Of a stretch of 64,000 nt of DNA, positions 51,301 through 63,300 are shown one piece after another. The stretch comes from Mizuhopecten yessoensis (lineage: Eukaryota). Under the pieces are notes generated by a model. That model was given only the letters and a program-made list of their open reading frames with translations. It made no database searches and was not told the DNA's origin. Location: NCBI RefSeq assembly GCF_002113885.1, contig NW_018408902.1, positions 2,069,485-2,133,484 of the forward strand, written 5' to 3'. The translations under genes were made by a program, and so were the position numbers. Each line of letters begins with the position of its first letter. The first letter of the stretch is position 1.

Positions 51301-54300
51301 CAGATCTAATTTAATGTATTTTTAAGCTCATTAAATCATGAAATTGAGTACAGCAATTTTATCAATATTTGGTGGATAATTATAAGTACCTGATGCCAGA
51401 CAAACCACAGCTTTGCCAGAATATTCAATGGACTCTCACAAACATCTTCTTCACATCAAAATCTCCCTAAAGAAACAAATGTGTATTGTACAACATATCT
51501 TATGAATAATCTCCAAACAAACACACAGGAACACAGCATGTCTTCATAGACAACCAGCATTCCTCTACAGAAACATAGGTAAACAGCATGTCTTAATGAA
51601 CAGTAAACATCTCAATACAGAAACATAGGTATTCAACATGTCTTAATGAACAGTAAACATCTCTTTACAGAAACATAGGTATTCAACATGTCTTAATGAA
51701 CAGTGAACATCTCAATACAGAAACATAGGTATTCAACATGTCTTAATGAACAGTGAACATCTCAATACAGAAACATAGGCATTCAACATGTCTTAATGAA
51801 CAGTAAACATCTCAATACAGAAACATAGGCATTCAACATGTCTTAATGAACAGTAAACATCTCTTTACAAAAACATAGGTATTCAACATGTCTTAATGAA
51901 CAGTAAACATCTCTATACAGAAACATAGGTATTCAACATATCTTAATGAACAGTAAACATCTCTATACAGAAACATAGGTAAACAGCATGTCTTAATGAA
52001 CAGTGAACATCTCAATACAGAAACATAGGTAAACACATGTCTTAATGAACAGTGAACATCTCAAAGAATCCTAGGTAAACAGCATTTCTTAATGAACAGT
52101 CAAAATCTCCATACAGAAACTTAGGTAAACACAATGTCTTAATGAACAGTAAACATCTCTATAGAGACACATAGGAACACAGCATGTCTAATAAACAGTC
52201 AACTTATCCATAGAGACACACAGGAACACAGCATGTCTTAATGAACAGTGAACATATCAATAGACACACAGGAACACAGCATGTCTTAATTAACAGTGAA
52301 CATCTCCATTCAGACAAACAGGAACACAGCATGTTTTAATGAACAGTGAACATATCCATAGACACAAAGGAACACAGCATGTCTGAATGAACATTGAACA
52401 TCTCAATTCAGACAAACAGAAACACAGCATGTCTGAAAGAACAGTGAACATATCAATAGACACACAGGAACACAGCATCTCTGAATGAACAGTCAACTTA
52501 TCCATAGACACACAAGAACACACACAACATGTCTTAATACACAGTAAACTTATCCATACAAACACACAGGAAACAGCATGTCTGAATGAACAGTGAACAT
52601 ATCCATACAGACACACAAGTGTTCAAGTCATCTTTTAATGAACTATTCAAATTTCTCTACAGAAGCATAGTTATACAACAGGTCTTATTGAAAAATCATT
52701 GCCTCTGTACTGAAAACCAAGTGATACATCTGGCAGTATTGATGTCAGTGACTCACCATGTTATCAAAGCCACCTTGACTGAGTATGACACTGGACTGTT
52801 CCGTCCTGACTGTCCCTGGCCACAGACTGACCATGGCTATGTTGTGTTTCTTCAACTCTATTGCACAATCTGCCACCATTCTGTCACACTGTCAGGTACA
52901 GAAGATAACAAACTTAATTTCAAGAGAATATTTCTAAAATATTTCTCAAACATTTTACAGATAAAAGAAACTATTTCTCATACATTTTATCTCTTTTATC
53001 TATAAAATATATGAGAAATAGTTTCTTTTATCTGTAAAATGTTCTTTTAACTATAAAATATATAAGTCCACCACATTCTTTTTAACAAATTTCTCACGAG
53101 TAATTGTATTGACAGAGGTGTACAAAGATTCCCTGATTGATGCATTTGTAAAATTGAAACTTAGCTTGAGATTCACCATTATGTGTGAGAATAATGAATT
53201 ATTAAAATTGGACTATTTTATTGTCATTGAACGGTAACTAAAGCGTGATAAAAGAACAGAGGAACACACAAATGGCGGGACGAAAACACCCATATAATAT
53301 CCCCCATTTACTCCAAAGACGGAATACAAATATCTCGGGTATTTAAAACTCACAGCCTCCTTGCCAACACCACATGGCACATTCATGAGGTAGGTTAATC
53401 CACCAATAGATGATATGGTGACAATAAGTCCCCTGTTCCTGGGTACCATCATCTTGGCAGCATAAACAGTACACAGGTAGTGGTTCCTGAAACGACACTC
53501 TTAAATATAAATTCATATAGCCAATTACCTGCATAATTTTGAACTGCTTGTAAAAGTGAACATAGTTGAATAGATTTTACAGGACAAATATTTCGAACAC
53601 TTGTAACGAACTTATTAAAAATCATATTATCTGCTAAACAACTAGTGCCTACTTAAAAAGTTTCACCTCTGGACTTGGACCCTTTTATCTCAGCAAGAAT
53701 TTGTTTAAGGATGTTAGCTAATACAGTTTTCTACTCTCCTTTAACTCTCATTTTGTTATGATGTCACATATCTCGAAGAACTTAACACAACATTTATGTA
53801 AAAATACTAACATACTAAATAAAACATACAAAACAAGAGTATCAGGGAGGCAGAACAATACACAACCCTTCAAACATGCCTGGTTCATGTAGTATCCTTA
53901 TTGACTCATTGTATATATATTGATCAGTGATTGAAGAGCATAATTCTTTAAACGTTTTTTATCATGTTTAAATGAACCAAAGAGATTTTGTGGAAAATGT
54001 TCTGACAAAATTCCATCTAAAGACAATAAAGAGCCGTAAATTTATATATACTGGTTTGTGAGACGCTAAGTAAAGACTGACCCTCCTCCTTCCCAAGATG
54101 CAGAAAGTTTATAAATGTGAAAAAGACACTCCCTTTCCAAAAGTACAATCAAGTCTACATTAAGTATGTTTTGGTAAATGTATGTGAGATAACAAGGAAG
54201 TTATAATAAAATTTGCTCTGTACAATCCACAGTGTCAAAACTGCATAGCTCTGCACACAGCTGGCACAAGACCCTAATTAATTAAACGCGCTTTGCCTTT

Positions 54301-57300
54301 TCAAGATCAGAAGTATAGCAAGGATGTTATGTTCCCGATATATCAAAACTAAACAAAGGGCAATAAGTCTTACCATATAAAGCATGGCATGACACCTGCC
54401 AATAGTATGTGACACTCCATCTTCCCCATATACATGATTATTTAATGTCTGGTGAACATTAGTACATATTACCTGAGCCCCACATTGTTAACAGTGTCCC
54501 ACATATCCATTGGTTGTTCCCAAAATGGTACCTTCATCTGGTCAAAAATGGCCTGTTAAATAAAATAAAATAGGTGTTTCATGAACCATAAATGACAAGA
54601 ATAACTCTTAAGTTATTATTCAAAGTCATTGGGTCAAATATTATAATAGCACAATTATGATAATCAAAATAAGATATGATGGGAATAATCTTTCCACTTA
54701 CCTTGGCTGCATTGAAGGCATTATTGACGAGGATGTCCAACTGGCCTTCCTGTTCTCTCTTCACTTTGTCAAACAGCTGCTGTATCTCTTCATCCTTGGT
54801 GTGGTCACATTGTACAGGTATACACTTCCCTCCCCTCTCTTCTATCTGTAATGTTTACATACTGGTCACATTGTACAGGTATACACTTCCCTCCTCTCTC
54901 CTCTATCTGTAATGTTTACATACTGGTCACAATGTACAGGTATACACCTCCCTCCCCTCTCTTCTATCTGTAATGTTTACATAGTGGTAACATTGTACAA
55001 GTATACACTTCCCTCTTTCTGTAATGTTTACATACTGGTTATATTGTACAGGTATACCCCTCACTCTATCTGTAATGTTAACATACTGGTCACCTTTTAC
55101 AGGTATACACTTCCCTCCTCTCTCCTCTATCTGTAATGTTTTCATACTGGTCACATTGTACAGGTATATACTTCCCTCCTCTCTCTTCGATCTTTAATGT
55201 TTACATACTGGTCACATTGTACAGGTATACACCTCCCTCTATCTGTAATGTTAACATACTGGTCACATTTTACAGGTATACACTTCCCTCCTCTCTCTTC
55301 TATCTGTAATGTTTACATACTGGTTATATTGTACAGGTATACACTTTCCTCCTCTCTCTTCTATCTGTAATGATTACATAGTGGTAACATTGTACAAGTA
55401 TACACTTCCCTCTTTCTGTAATGTTTACATACTGGTCACATTGTACAGGTATACACTTCCCTCCCCTCTCTTCTTTCTGTAATGATTACATACTGGTTAT
55501 ATTGTACAGGTATACACTTTCCTCCTCTCTCTTCTATCTGTAATGATTACATAGTGGTAACATTGTACAAGTATACACTTCCCTCTTTCTGTAATGTTTA
55601 CATAGTGGTAACATTGTACAAGTATACACTTCCCTCTTTCTGTAATGTTTACATACTGGTCACATTGTACAGGTATACACTTTTCTCCTCTCTCTTCTAT
55701 CTGTAATGATTACATAGTGGTCTCATTTTACAGGTATACACTTCCCTCCCCTCTCCTCTATCTGTAATGTTTACATAGTGGTAACATTGTACAAGTATAC
55801 CCCTCCCTCTATCTGTAATGTTTACATAGTGGTCACCTTGTACAAGTATACACTTCCCTCTTTCTGTAATGTTTACATACTGGACACATTGTACAGGTAT
55901 ACACTTTTCTCCCCTCTCTTCTATCTGTAATGATTACATAGTGGTAACATTGTACAAGCATACACTTCCCTCTATCTGTAATGTTAACATACTTGTCACA
56001 TTGTACAGGTATACACTTTTCTCCTCTCTCTTCTATCTGTAATGATTACATAGTGGTAACATTGTACAGGCATACACTTCCCTCCTCACTCCTCTATCTG
56101 TAATGTTTACATAGTGGTCACATTGTACAAGTATACACTTCCCTTCTCTCTCCTCTATCTGTAATGTTTACATAGTGGTAACATTGTACAAGTATACACT
56201 TCCCTCTATCTGTAATGTTAACATACTGGTCACATTGTACAGGTTTACACTTTCCTCCCCTCTCTTTTATCTGTAATGTTTACATACTGGTCACATTGTA
56301 CAGGTATACACTTTCCTCCCCTCTCTGCTATCTGTAAAGTTTATATAGTGGTCACATTTTACAGGTAAAAATTCCCTCTATATATATTTGTTTACACAAT
56401 GGTCACATTGTACAGGTTTTATTACCTCCCTTTATCTGTTATGTTACATAGTGGTCACATTATACAGGTATACACTCCCCTCTATCTGTAATGTTTACAT
56501 AGTCGTCGTCACATTGTACAGGTTTTATTACCTCCCTTTATCTGTTATGTAACATAGTGGTCACATTATACAGGTATACACTCCCCTCTATCTGTAATGT
56601 TTACATAGTCGTCGTCACATTGTACAGGTTTTATTACTTCCCTTTATCTGTTATGTTAACAGATTATAGTATAAACTTCACTATCTTTTATCTTCACATG
56701 TGCACTACATTTAATACATAAAATCACATTTGGGCATGATAAACAACCTTTGAATTAGTATAATCAGGTTAAAACTTCGTACCTCTCTGGCTGTGTCAGT
56801 CAGTGATCCTCCTACTTTACTGTCTTTGGCTGCAACTAATGTCCTACCTACAAAATATTTATTATTACAATTCCTATACAACTCATATAAAAGGAAAAGA
56901 TTAATCAAATCCTGTTTCTTGAATTTAGTTAAATTCTTAGTTTTTTAAATTGATATCTTTCAAATATTGTGTCTGAAAACCTCTTGTATGTCAACCAGAT
57001 ATTACATTATAACTTATCAAGGTACAAAAGGTCACCAAACACACACCACACCTGTATGCAAGACGTATCTGTGATATATACCTGTATACAGCAGCCGCTG
57101 TCTCACCTAACTACAGAGCTATGACTTTCCCTACCCCTGGGGACTAGGGTCACACATCTGTATGCCAGACTTACCTTATTTTATACATAGAGCCCCAACC
57201 TCACACAGCTGCAGAGCTGTGACTATCCCTACCCCTGGGGACTAGGGTCACACCCCTGTATGTCAGACTTACCGGTGATATACACAGTAGCCCCAGCCTC

Positions 57301-58258
57301 GCCCAGCTGTAGAGCTGTGACTTTCCTACCCCTGGGAACAAGGGGCACACACCTGTATGTCAGACTTAACGGTGATATACACAGTAGCCCCAGCCTCACC
57401 CAGCTGTAGAGCTGTGACTTCCCTACCCCTGGGGACTAGGGTTACACATCAGTCTGTGCCAGACTTACCGGTGATATATACCGTAGCCCCAGCCTCACCC
57501 AGCTGTAGAGCTGTGACTTTCCTCCCCCTGGGGACTAGGGTCACACCCCTGTATGTCAGACTTACCGGTGATATATACAGTCGCCCCAGCCTCACCTAGC
57601 TGTAGAGCTTTGACTTTCCTACCGCTGGGGACTAGGGTCACACACCTGTATGTCAGACTTAACGGTGATATACACAGTAGCCCCAGCCTCACCCAGCTGT
57701 AGAGCTGTGACTTTCCTACCCCTGGGGACTAGGGTTACACATCAGTGTGTGCCAGACTTACCGGTGATATATACAGTAGCCCCAGCCTCACCCAGCTGTA
57801 GAGCTGTGACTTTCCTAGCTCTGGGGACTAGGGTCACACTCCTGTATGTCAGACTTTCCGTTGATATATACAGTACCCCCAGCCTCACCCAGCTGTAGAG
57901 CTGTGACTTTCCTACCTCTGGGGACTAGGGTCACACACCTGTATGTCAGACTTACCAGTAGCCCCAGCCTCACACCATGCAGCTGTAGAGCTGTGACTTC
58001 CCTACCCCTGGGGACTAGGGTTACACATCAGTGTATGTCAGACTTACCGGTGATATATACAGTAGCCCCAGCCTCACCAAGCTGTGAATATCCCTACCCC
58101 TGGGTACTAGGGTCACACACCTGTATGTCAGACTTACCTGTGATATATACAGTAGCTCCAGCCTCACCCAGCTGTAGAGCTATTCCCTTCCCTATCCCTC
58201 GAGTTGCCCCAGTCACTATACACACTTTGCCAGCAAGCTTCCTTCCAGAAGAGGCCAT
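48326..58258 (-). CDS. DHRS1: Dehydrogenase/reductase SDR family member 1-like, apparently disrupted (possible pseudogene); coding exons 58258-58138, 56847-56783, 54845-54702, 54552-54473, 53486-53354, 52888-52757, 51466-51390 (frameshifted), 49759-49679, 48462-48326
   Basis: TGATRGIGKGIALQLGEAGATVYITGR Rossmann motif, EQEGQLDILVNNA, PFWEQPMDMWDTVNNVGLRNHY, VP(C)GVGKEACDRM, VSLWPGTVRTE, DPNIMKKTGK, and the C-terminus IPKWLLAMTGNKF. All introns are GT-AG. Exon 7 is 77 nt and breaks the phase. Confidence 0.9.
48788..48987. mobile_element. PIF/Harbinger-type MITE with CAG target duplication; partly copied in a local duplication (48490-48730 vs 48733-48915)
   Basis: TIR GGCCCAGTTTTTCAAAAGGTGAT / ATCATCTTTTGAACAACTGGACC, with CAG on both flanks. 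Confidence 0.7.
49755..50367. repeat. 57-bp tandem array (11 copies) containing the 3' splice site of DHRS1 coding exon 8
   Basis: Unit GGGATCTATTACACACAAAGTCATCAGTAGGTACATTATGATGTATAATGTAACAAT. The first copy overlaps the exon start. Confidence 0.95.
50380..51160 (+). mobile_element. HINE-like element with internal repeats
   Basis: Repeated TCAGTCAATTTGACCCTTTTTGGCCCC units, a GACG-like tract, and the 3' structure CAGGTCACTTGAGACTTTGTCTCAGGTGACCT. Confidence 0.65.
51520..52625. repeat. About 50-bp minisatellite (ACAGAAACATAGGTATTCAACATGTCTTAATGAACAGTAAACATCTCAAT), about 22 copies, in DHRS1 intron 6
   Basis: 50-bp periodicity (51567, 51617, 51667, 51717...). Two subtypes form a gradient along the array. 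Confidence 0.9.
52949..53043. repeat. Near-perfect inverted repeat (about 40-bp arms, short loop)
   Basis: AACATTTTACAGATAAAAGAAACTATTTCTCATA ... TATGAGAAATAGTTTCTTTTATCTGTAAAATGTT. Confidence 0.9.
54803..56660. repeat. 61-bp (and about 52-bp deletion variant) tandem array, about 30 copies, made of the acceptor plus the first 44 nt of DHRS1 coding exon 3
   Basis: Minus-strand unit GTATGTAAACATTACAG|ATAGAAGAGAGAGGAGGGAAGTGTATACCTGTACAATGTGACCA, which encodes IEERGGKCIPVQCD. Confidence 0.95.
57050..58185. repeat. About 97-bp tandem array (about 11 copies) made of the 3' end and donor of DHRS1 coding exon 1
   Basis: Each minus-strand unit encodes ALQLGEAGATVYITG followed by GTAAGTC. Confidence 0.95.
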
Positions 58259-58374
58259 TTCCAGAATATGTCTGCAATTACAGTTGAGCAAAATGAATTT
58301 AATTAATTTATTGTCACAAAAAGTTAACACTGTAAATTGTCACTTGAATTATATGTTGTCAACCTGATTTTACA

Positions 58375-58615
58375 CATCCTGGATTATCCGTTTGTTACAC
58401 TCACCTAACAAAACACTCTCTGCACCCCCTGGATATGGCACGCTGTTAGCAATTTCATTGGTTTCAGGCAGAAATAATGTGCACTAGGCTGCATGATACC
58501 TGTCCTTCAAAGATTACAGCTAGAGGAGCAACTTCAAAGACAGTCAATGTTCCCTTTAGGCTACCACACAGTTCTTTTGATGTACATCAAAGGATCAAAC
58601 TAGTGTAACTTTATG
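58375..58615. mobile_element. Degenerate relative of the MULE MITE at 14537
   Basis: Shares CTCTCTGCACCCC.TGGA and the internal palindrome TTTGATGTACATCAAA. Confidence 0.45.
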
Positions 58616-59849
58616 TATTATCAATAAAGACAACTTCAATTTCATCTTGACATATTCTGGGGTGCATTTTACAAAGGCAGCCAATTGTTTATGGATGAAA
58701 ATAGTTGTGTCAGTGTTTACACATGTAATATAGACGACTCCTAGAGAGAACTGTCTGATTATTCAATACACATTGTCTATTTCTGATAAGTTATTACTAC
58801 CAGTATTGTTTTGCTACTTATCATAGGTACCTGGGGCTACTTATCAATAAGAATGTATATGAACTTAATTTAATGTGCAACTCAGGATGTAAAAAAATCA
58901 CCAGTTATGAAACACTATCTAGACAATGACAAAAGCTAGAATCTTATATAATTGTAACCTGCAATGAAAGATACAGTGCAATTAAGACACTGTGCCGTTA
59001 TATGTCAGCTTGTTTTAGTGAAAATCTGTGTAGCTGCAAAGACGTATGAAACCAATACATATAGGTCTGTGGTACAACAATCATTGCTTTGTTTTTAATG
59101 ACCAATTACATTAATTGGGTTTTGCTTTAAATATAAGGAGTTGTCCGGTATTGTACTGTGTTTTTTTCCTTTATACAATAACCTCCCCTTAACAATTGTA
59201 TAACAATCTGAAGTCTATCCTGCTCTAGCCCTGCTTATTTCTACATTCAGAACTTCATCTTTATTATTGCTTCATAAAAGTCCCGAAGGATGGTTTTCAG
59301 AAATGATTTATTAAAACTATAGTAATGCCGGAAAAACGGTTTCCAATACACATAGTTACAGTTTTTTGGCAGCGGTACAGGGATCCTTAAATCTTCAAGC
59401 ACACATCACCTACCCAACCTTCATATAAAACGTTTCAAACACAAACACTTCGGTCAGACACAGGTGCGCAACACACTTATACACATCATAGTGTGTCGAG
59501 CAACTGAGCATTCAGACAGGTAAACTGCCATCCGTAATCTGTAACGTAGGCCTAACGAAACCATTTAACAAACCAAACAAATGTCAAAATGTAGAACAGC
59601 CTAAATCAATCGTGTAGATTTACGTTTCAAACAGATACCCTGCATTTACCTGTATTTGTTTTCTACTACACATACAAAGAACGGTTTTATATATATATTA
59701 TGCAACAGTAACATACCGGTAATATACACATATTCTGTCATGTACTTACAATCTAATTCCGTAATTCTATTCACCGGTCACACAAGAAGAAATGTATCAA
59801 GGCACCAAACTAATGTTTACATGACCCCGCCAAGCTAAATTGTAAACTT

Positions 59850-59862
59850 TGACCTCTGACCC
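59850..59862 (-). promoter_or_regulatory. DR1 nuclear-receptor element GGGTCA-G-AGGTCA upstream of the putative DHRS1 non-coding first exon
   Basis: Plus strand TGACCTCTGACCC. A candidate exon-1 donor (GTAAGT on the minus strand) lies at 59749. Confidence 0.35.
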
Positions 59863-60224
59863 TTTATCTGTGCCGAGGCACATCCCCCACCTAGCCTAAT
59901 ATGTGTTCAGTGCCACCTAAAAGCTTTGCGTGCTATCGTATATTTCCATGTCGTTTGGGGATAGATGCGTATCACTGTGGTGAAAATGGAACAAGGATAC
60001 TTCATTAGGTAAGTAAATATCGTTGGCGTACATCCCCCCCCCCCCCCCCCCGAGTTTTCTGACATTTATAGTTGGCATTGTGTACGCGGAAATGTCGGTA
60101 AAAACCACGGACTTAGATAATTCCGTGGTAAAAGCAAAACTATTTGATGGAAATATGCTGGTAAACACAAGATATGAAATATCAGAGAGGTATATACGTC
60201 TCTGGATATATATGCTGCTGATAT

Positions 60225-60351
60225 CACAGGGGCATGGATCGCTTTACTTAATACTTGTAATATCAAAAAATAGTGGTCTCCTCTACCACGGAATTAGATT
60301 ATGTAAGTCCGTGCCTTAGATATTACAAGTAAAGCGATCCATTCCCCTGTG
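60225..60351. mobile_element. Small MITE/hairpin carrying a nested copy of a dispersed palindrome (ACCACGGAATTAGATCTAAGTCYGTGG)
   Basis: TIR CACAGGGGCATGGATCGCTTTACTT / AAGTAAAGCGATCCATTCCCCTGTG. The palindrome also occurs at about 60104, 61303 and 61756. Confidence 0.6.
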
Positions 60352-63300
60352 CTTAGTACCATCTTCGAATGAAAATCCACTACATTTACAAGAAATAAGT
60401 AGATTCATGTTTAATGTCTGATATCGAGCACCTGTCTGTCACACTGGGATGTGTTTTAATTTTCCCGCCATAACAGACTTCATCAGGATCTCTGCTGTGT
60501 TTTATTATAAATTGTCAAATGCAAGCTTTTGTTACACACAGGGGTGATGTTTTGGAAACGTACGGAAAATGTGCGAGTTCCTTCCTCATTGAATTATAAT
60601 TGAAATCTACGCGATGACACCAAAGACTGATGATTGTGACTGTCACCTGTTGATTGAGTGATTCTATGGATGGAACCTCAAAGATCTTACACACAGGTAG
60701 GTAACGACGTAGATTATTGAAATTAAAAGGTTCAGTGTTGACGACAACGACAAAGAAACAGCTGACTGGGTCATGGTTCGATGCCTAGTACTAGTAGTCT
60801 GTGTTTTTTGTTGCGCAATCTTTTGTTGTGGATGTGATGATAATAACTTACAACTGATTCTTTTGCCAGAATCTCATGCGGGGTGATACATGTGATATGT
60901 GAGATATTATCTATTGCATGTTGATACTTCCAACTTGTAAATCAATAGCCATAGCGTCAAAGTAAACGGGGAAATAAATTGGACGCGCAGTGCTTGACCC
61001 GTGGTTACTGAGGCGTGAGGATAGTAAAGCACCACGAACACCATAGCTATATCTTATCTAAATACCGGTACACGAGTCAGACAAGACAAACTATAGTATT
61101 GCATAACTGTCGAACACCCACAAAGATCTGGTAACACTAGACTACTGTACTGGATCGATCACGATCAGGACAAACTGAAATCTTATTCTGTGGGACAAGT
61201 ACGTAAATGCCAGGTTGATATACATGTAGCTATTGACTGATATTCATTTTATACTTACGTCGCAAGAATAGCACTACAGCGCTAATGTTATTATGTTACA
61301 TCACAGACTTAGATCTAATCTAATTGAGGCTGTGATTACATGTATATATGCGACGTTAAATAAAGCTTCTTGACTTATGTTATTCATTTTTTTTACTGAG
61401 TATACTTTTTCGGGATTCCTTAAAATAGCACATATCTGCCTGCAAGAATATTGCTCGCTAAAGTAATTAATACCTTATAGACACTGTACTTGCTTTCTGA
61501 AGGCAAAATTTGTTTGCCTCTTAAAATATGTAATTTTGAAATTAACATATAAGATGTTATACAGAAGAAATCTTTACAGTCCTATGTCAAAGATGTGCAT
61601 TATTGATTGTTTAAATCATTTTCGTTTTTTCATGTTGATCTGTATTCCTTTTATATTTGATAAAGACATTTGCAAGTGTTTACTACTTGAGTTGCTGAAC
61701 TTTAAAAAAAAAATATAGATAGTTGCATTACAAATAACTTGAAATGCTATGTAGTACCACGGAATTAGATCTAAGTCTGTGGTAGTACGAAATGGCAAGA
61801 CCAATCAGTACAAATATTCATTCTTGAAAAAGATCTGTAATAAATGGAAATTTGGACTAGTATAACAAGGACATCATATAAACAACAGAAATAATAATTA
61901 CAATGGATTTTTTTGACATCAAGATAGCACTCCAGCAACACCCAAATATATATGTGTAGCCTATCTTCTATATATTTGGTTTTATTATTTCTATTATATA
62001 ATAGCTATATTTTCAATTATAGTATAGCAGTTCTATCTTCTTGTAATATGATGTATATGTACATGTAACTGTTCTGTTTCACTGTGTCTTGATAAAGGAG
62101 TGGATCGCTCTGAAAATTTGGCAACCTAAACTTGTCCACACTGTTGGAATTACTTCTTTGCCCCATGTAGCTTATCTTCTATATATATACTTAATGACAT
62201 GTATATGATACTCTCTTCATCCACAGCAATATATTATATGTCAAAAATGCCTTTAATGATATTAGAACTACATGTAGTCCTGGCCCAGAAGATGTTAACC
62301 AATGCTCAGATGCTTAAACAGTTTGAAATTAAATAAGTCTAGTTTTATAAAAGTAGAAGGTGTCTATTTGTACATGTTATACTGTTACCTGCATGCGTCT
62401 TTCTAAATTGAGAGGCAGACCCTAATTGTGTATCTATCTATCTATGTAATAATTTACATACAATGCACATTTTGTCAATTATATATTCCACTTGTCCTTT
62501 TAATTTTCCCTTCGGTCAGGTGGGTAACCTGGTGGTAAGCCTCTACCTAAAGTACCTGTATTAAAAATGTATTTGTAACCAAAAAGATTTTCTTTGATAA
62601 TTCAAGGTAGTGATTTGCGGTTTAAAATTTTGTTTACAAGAAACACACTTGTAGAATAACCAAATCAGGACTAATTTGTATTCCCCTTTCGAAAAATCAC
62701 CAATCGGCTGATTATAGTAAGAGAAACAATGTTGTGACTGTATGTAAGCAGACAATTATGATTTATAAAATTATTATTAACTTCCTTTTTTCTTTGCAAT
62801 GTTTTGTTATAGGAACTTATAGGGAAATACTGTTAGCTAAGTTCTAACATGCAATATCAGCTTTCATACAGTACATGTAGACTACGCTACAATGTACTAT
62901 AAATAGCCATTCACGTGTACAATTATAAGTGTAACGGTCAGTGGCCAGGGCTCATTTAAAATAAACCTGGACATCAGAACTGTCAACTTTGTGATCATGA
63001 TATTTCATCATGTTGTCATAAGAAAACCTTTTATCAGCTGAAAGTGTACATGTACCTAGTAAAGTCAGTAAATATGGCTCTCCTCACACTCATATAAATC
63101 AGAAAGTTCAGCGACTACTCAGCAATACTGGCCGTGCCTGGTCCACCTTGAAGAGAGATTCAAATATTTGACTTTACAGATTATTCCCTCGAAATGAGGT
63201 TGTGGAAGGACTATAGTAGTCTGTTTGCACATTGTGTTTCATTTTTGTTATCACTCTGCTCTAGCTATATATAGCCATTTCTTTTTGCAATAGGTTTTGA

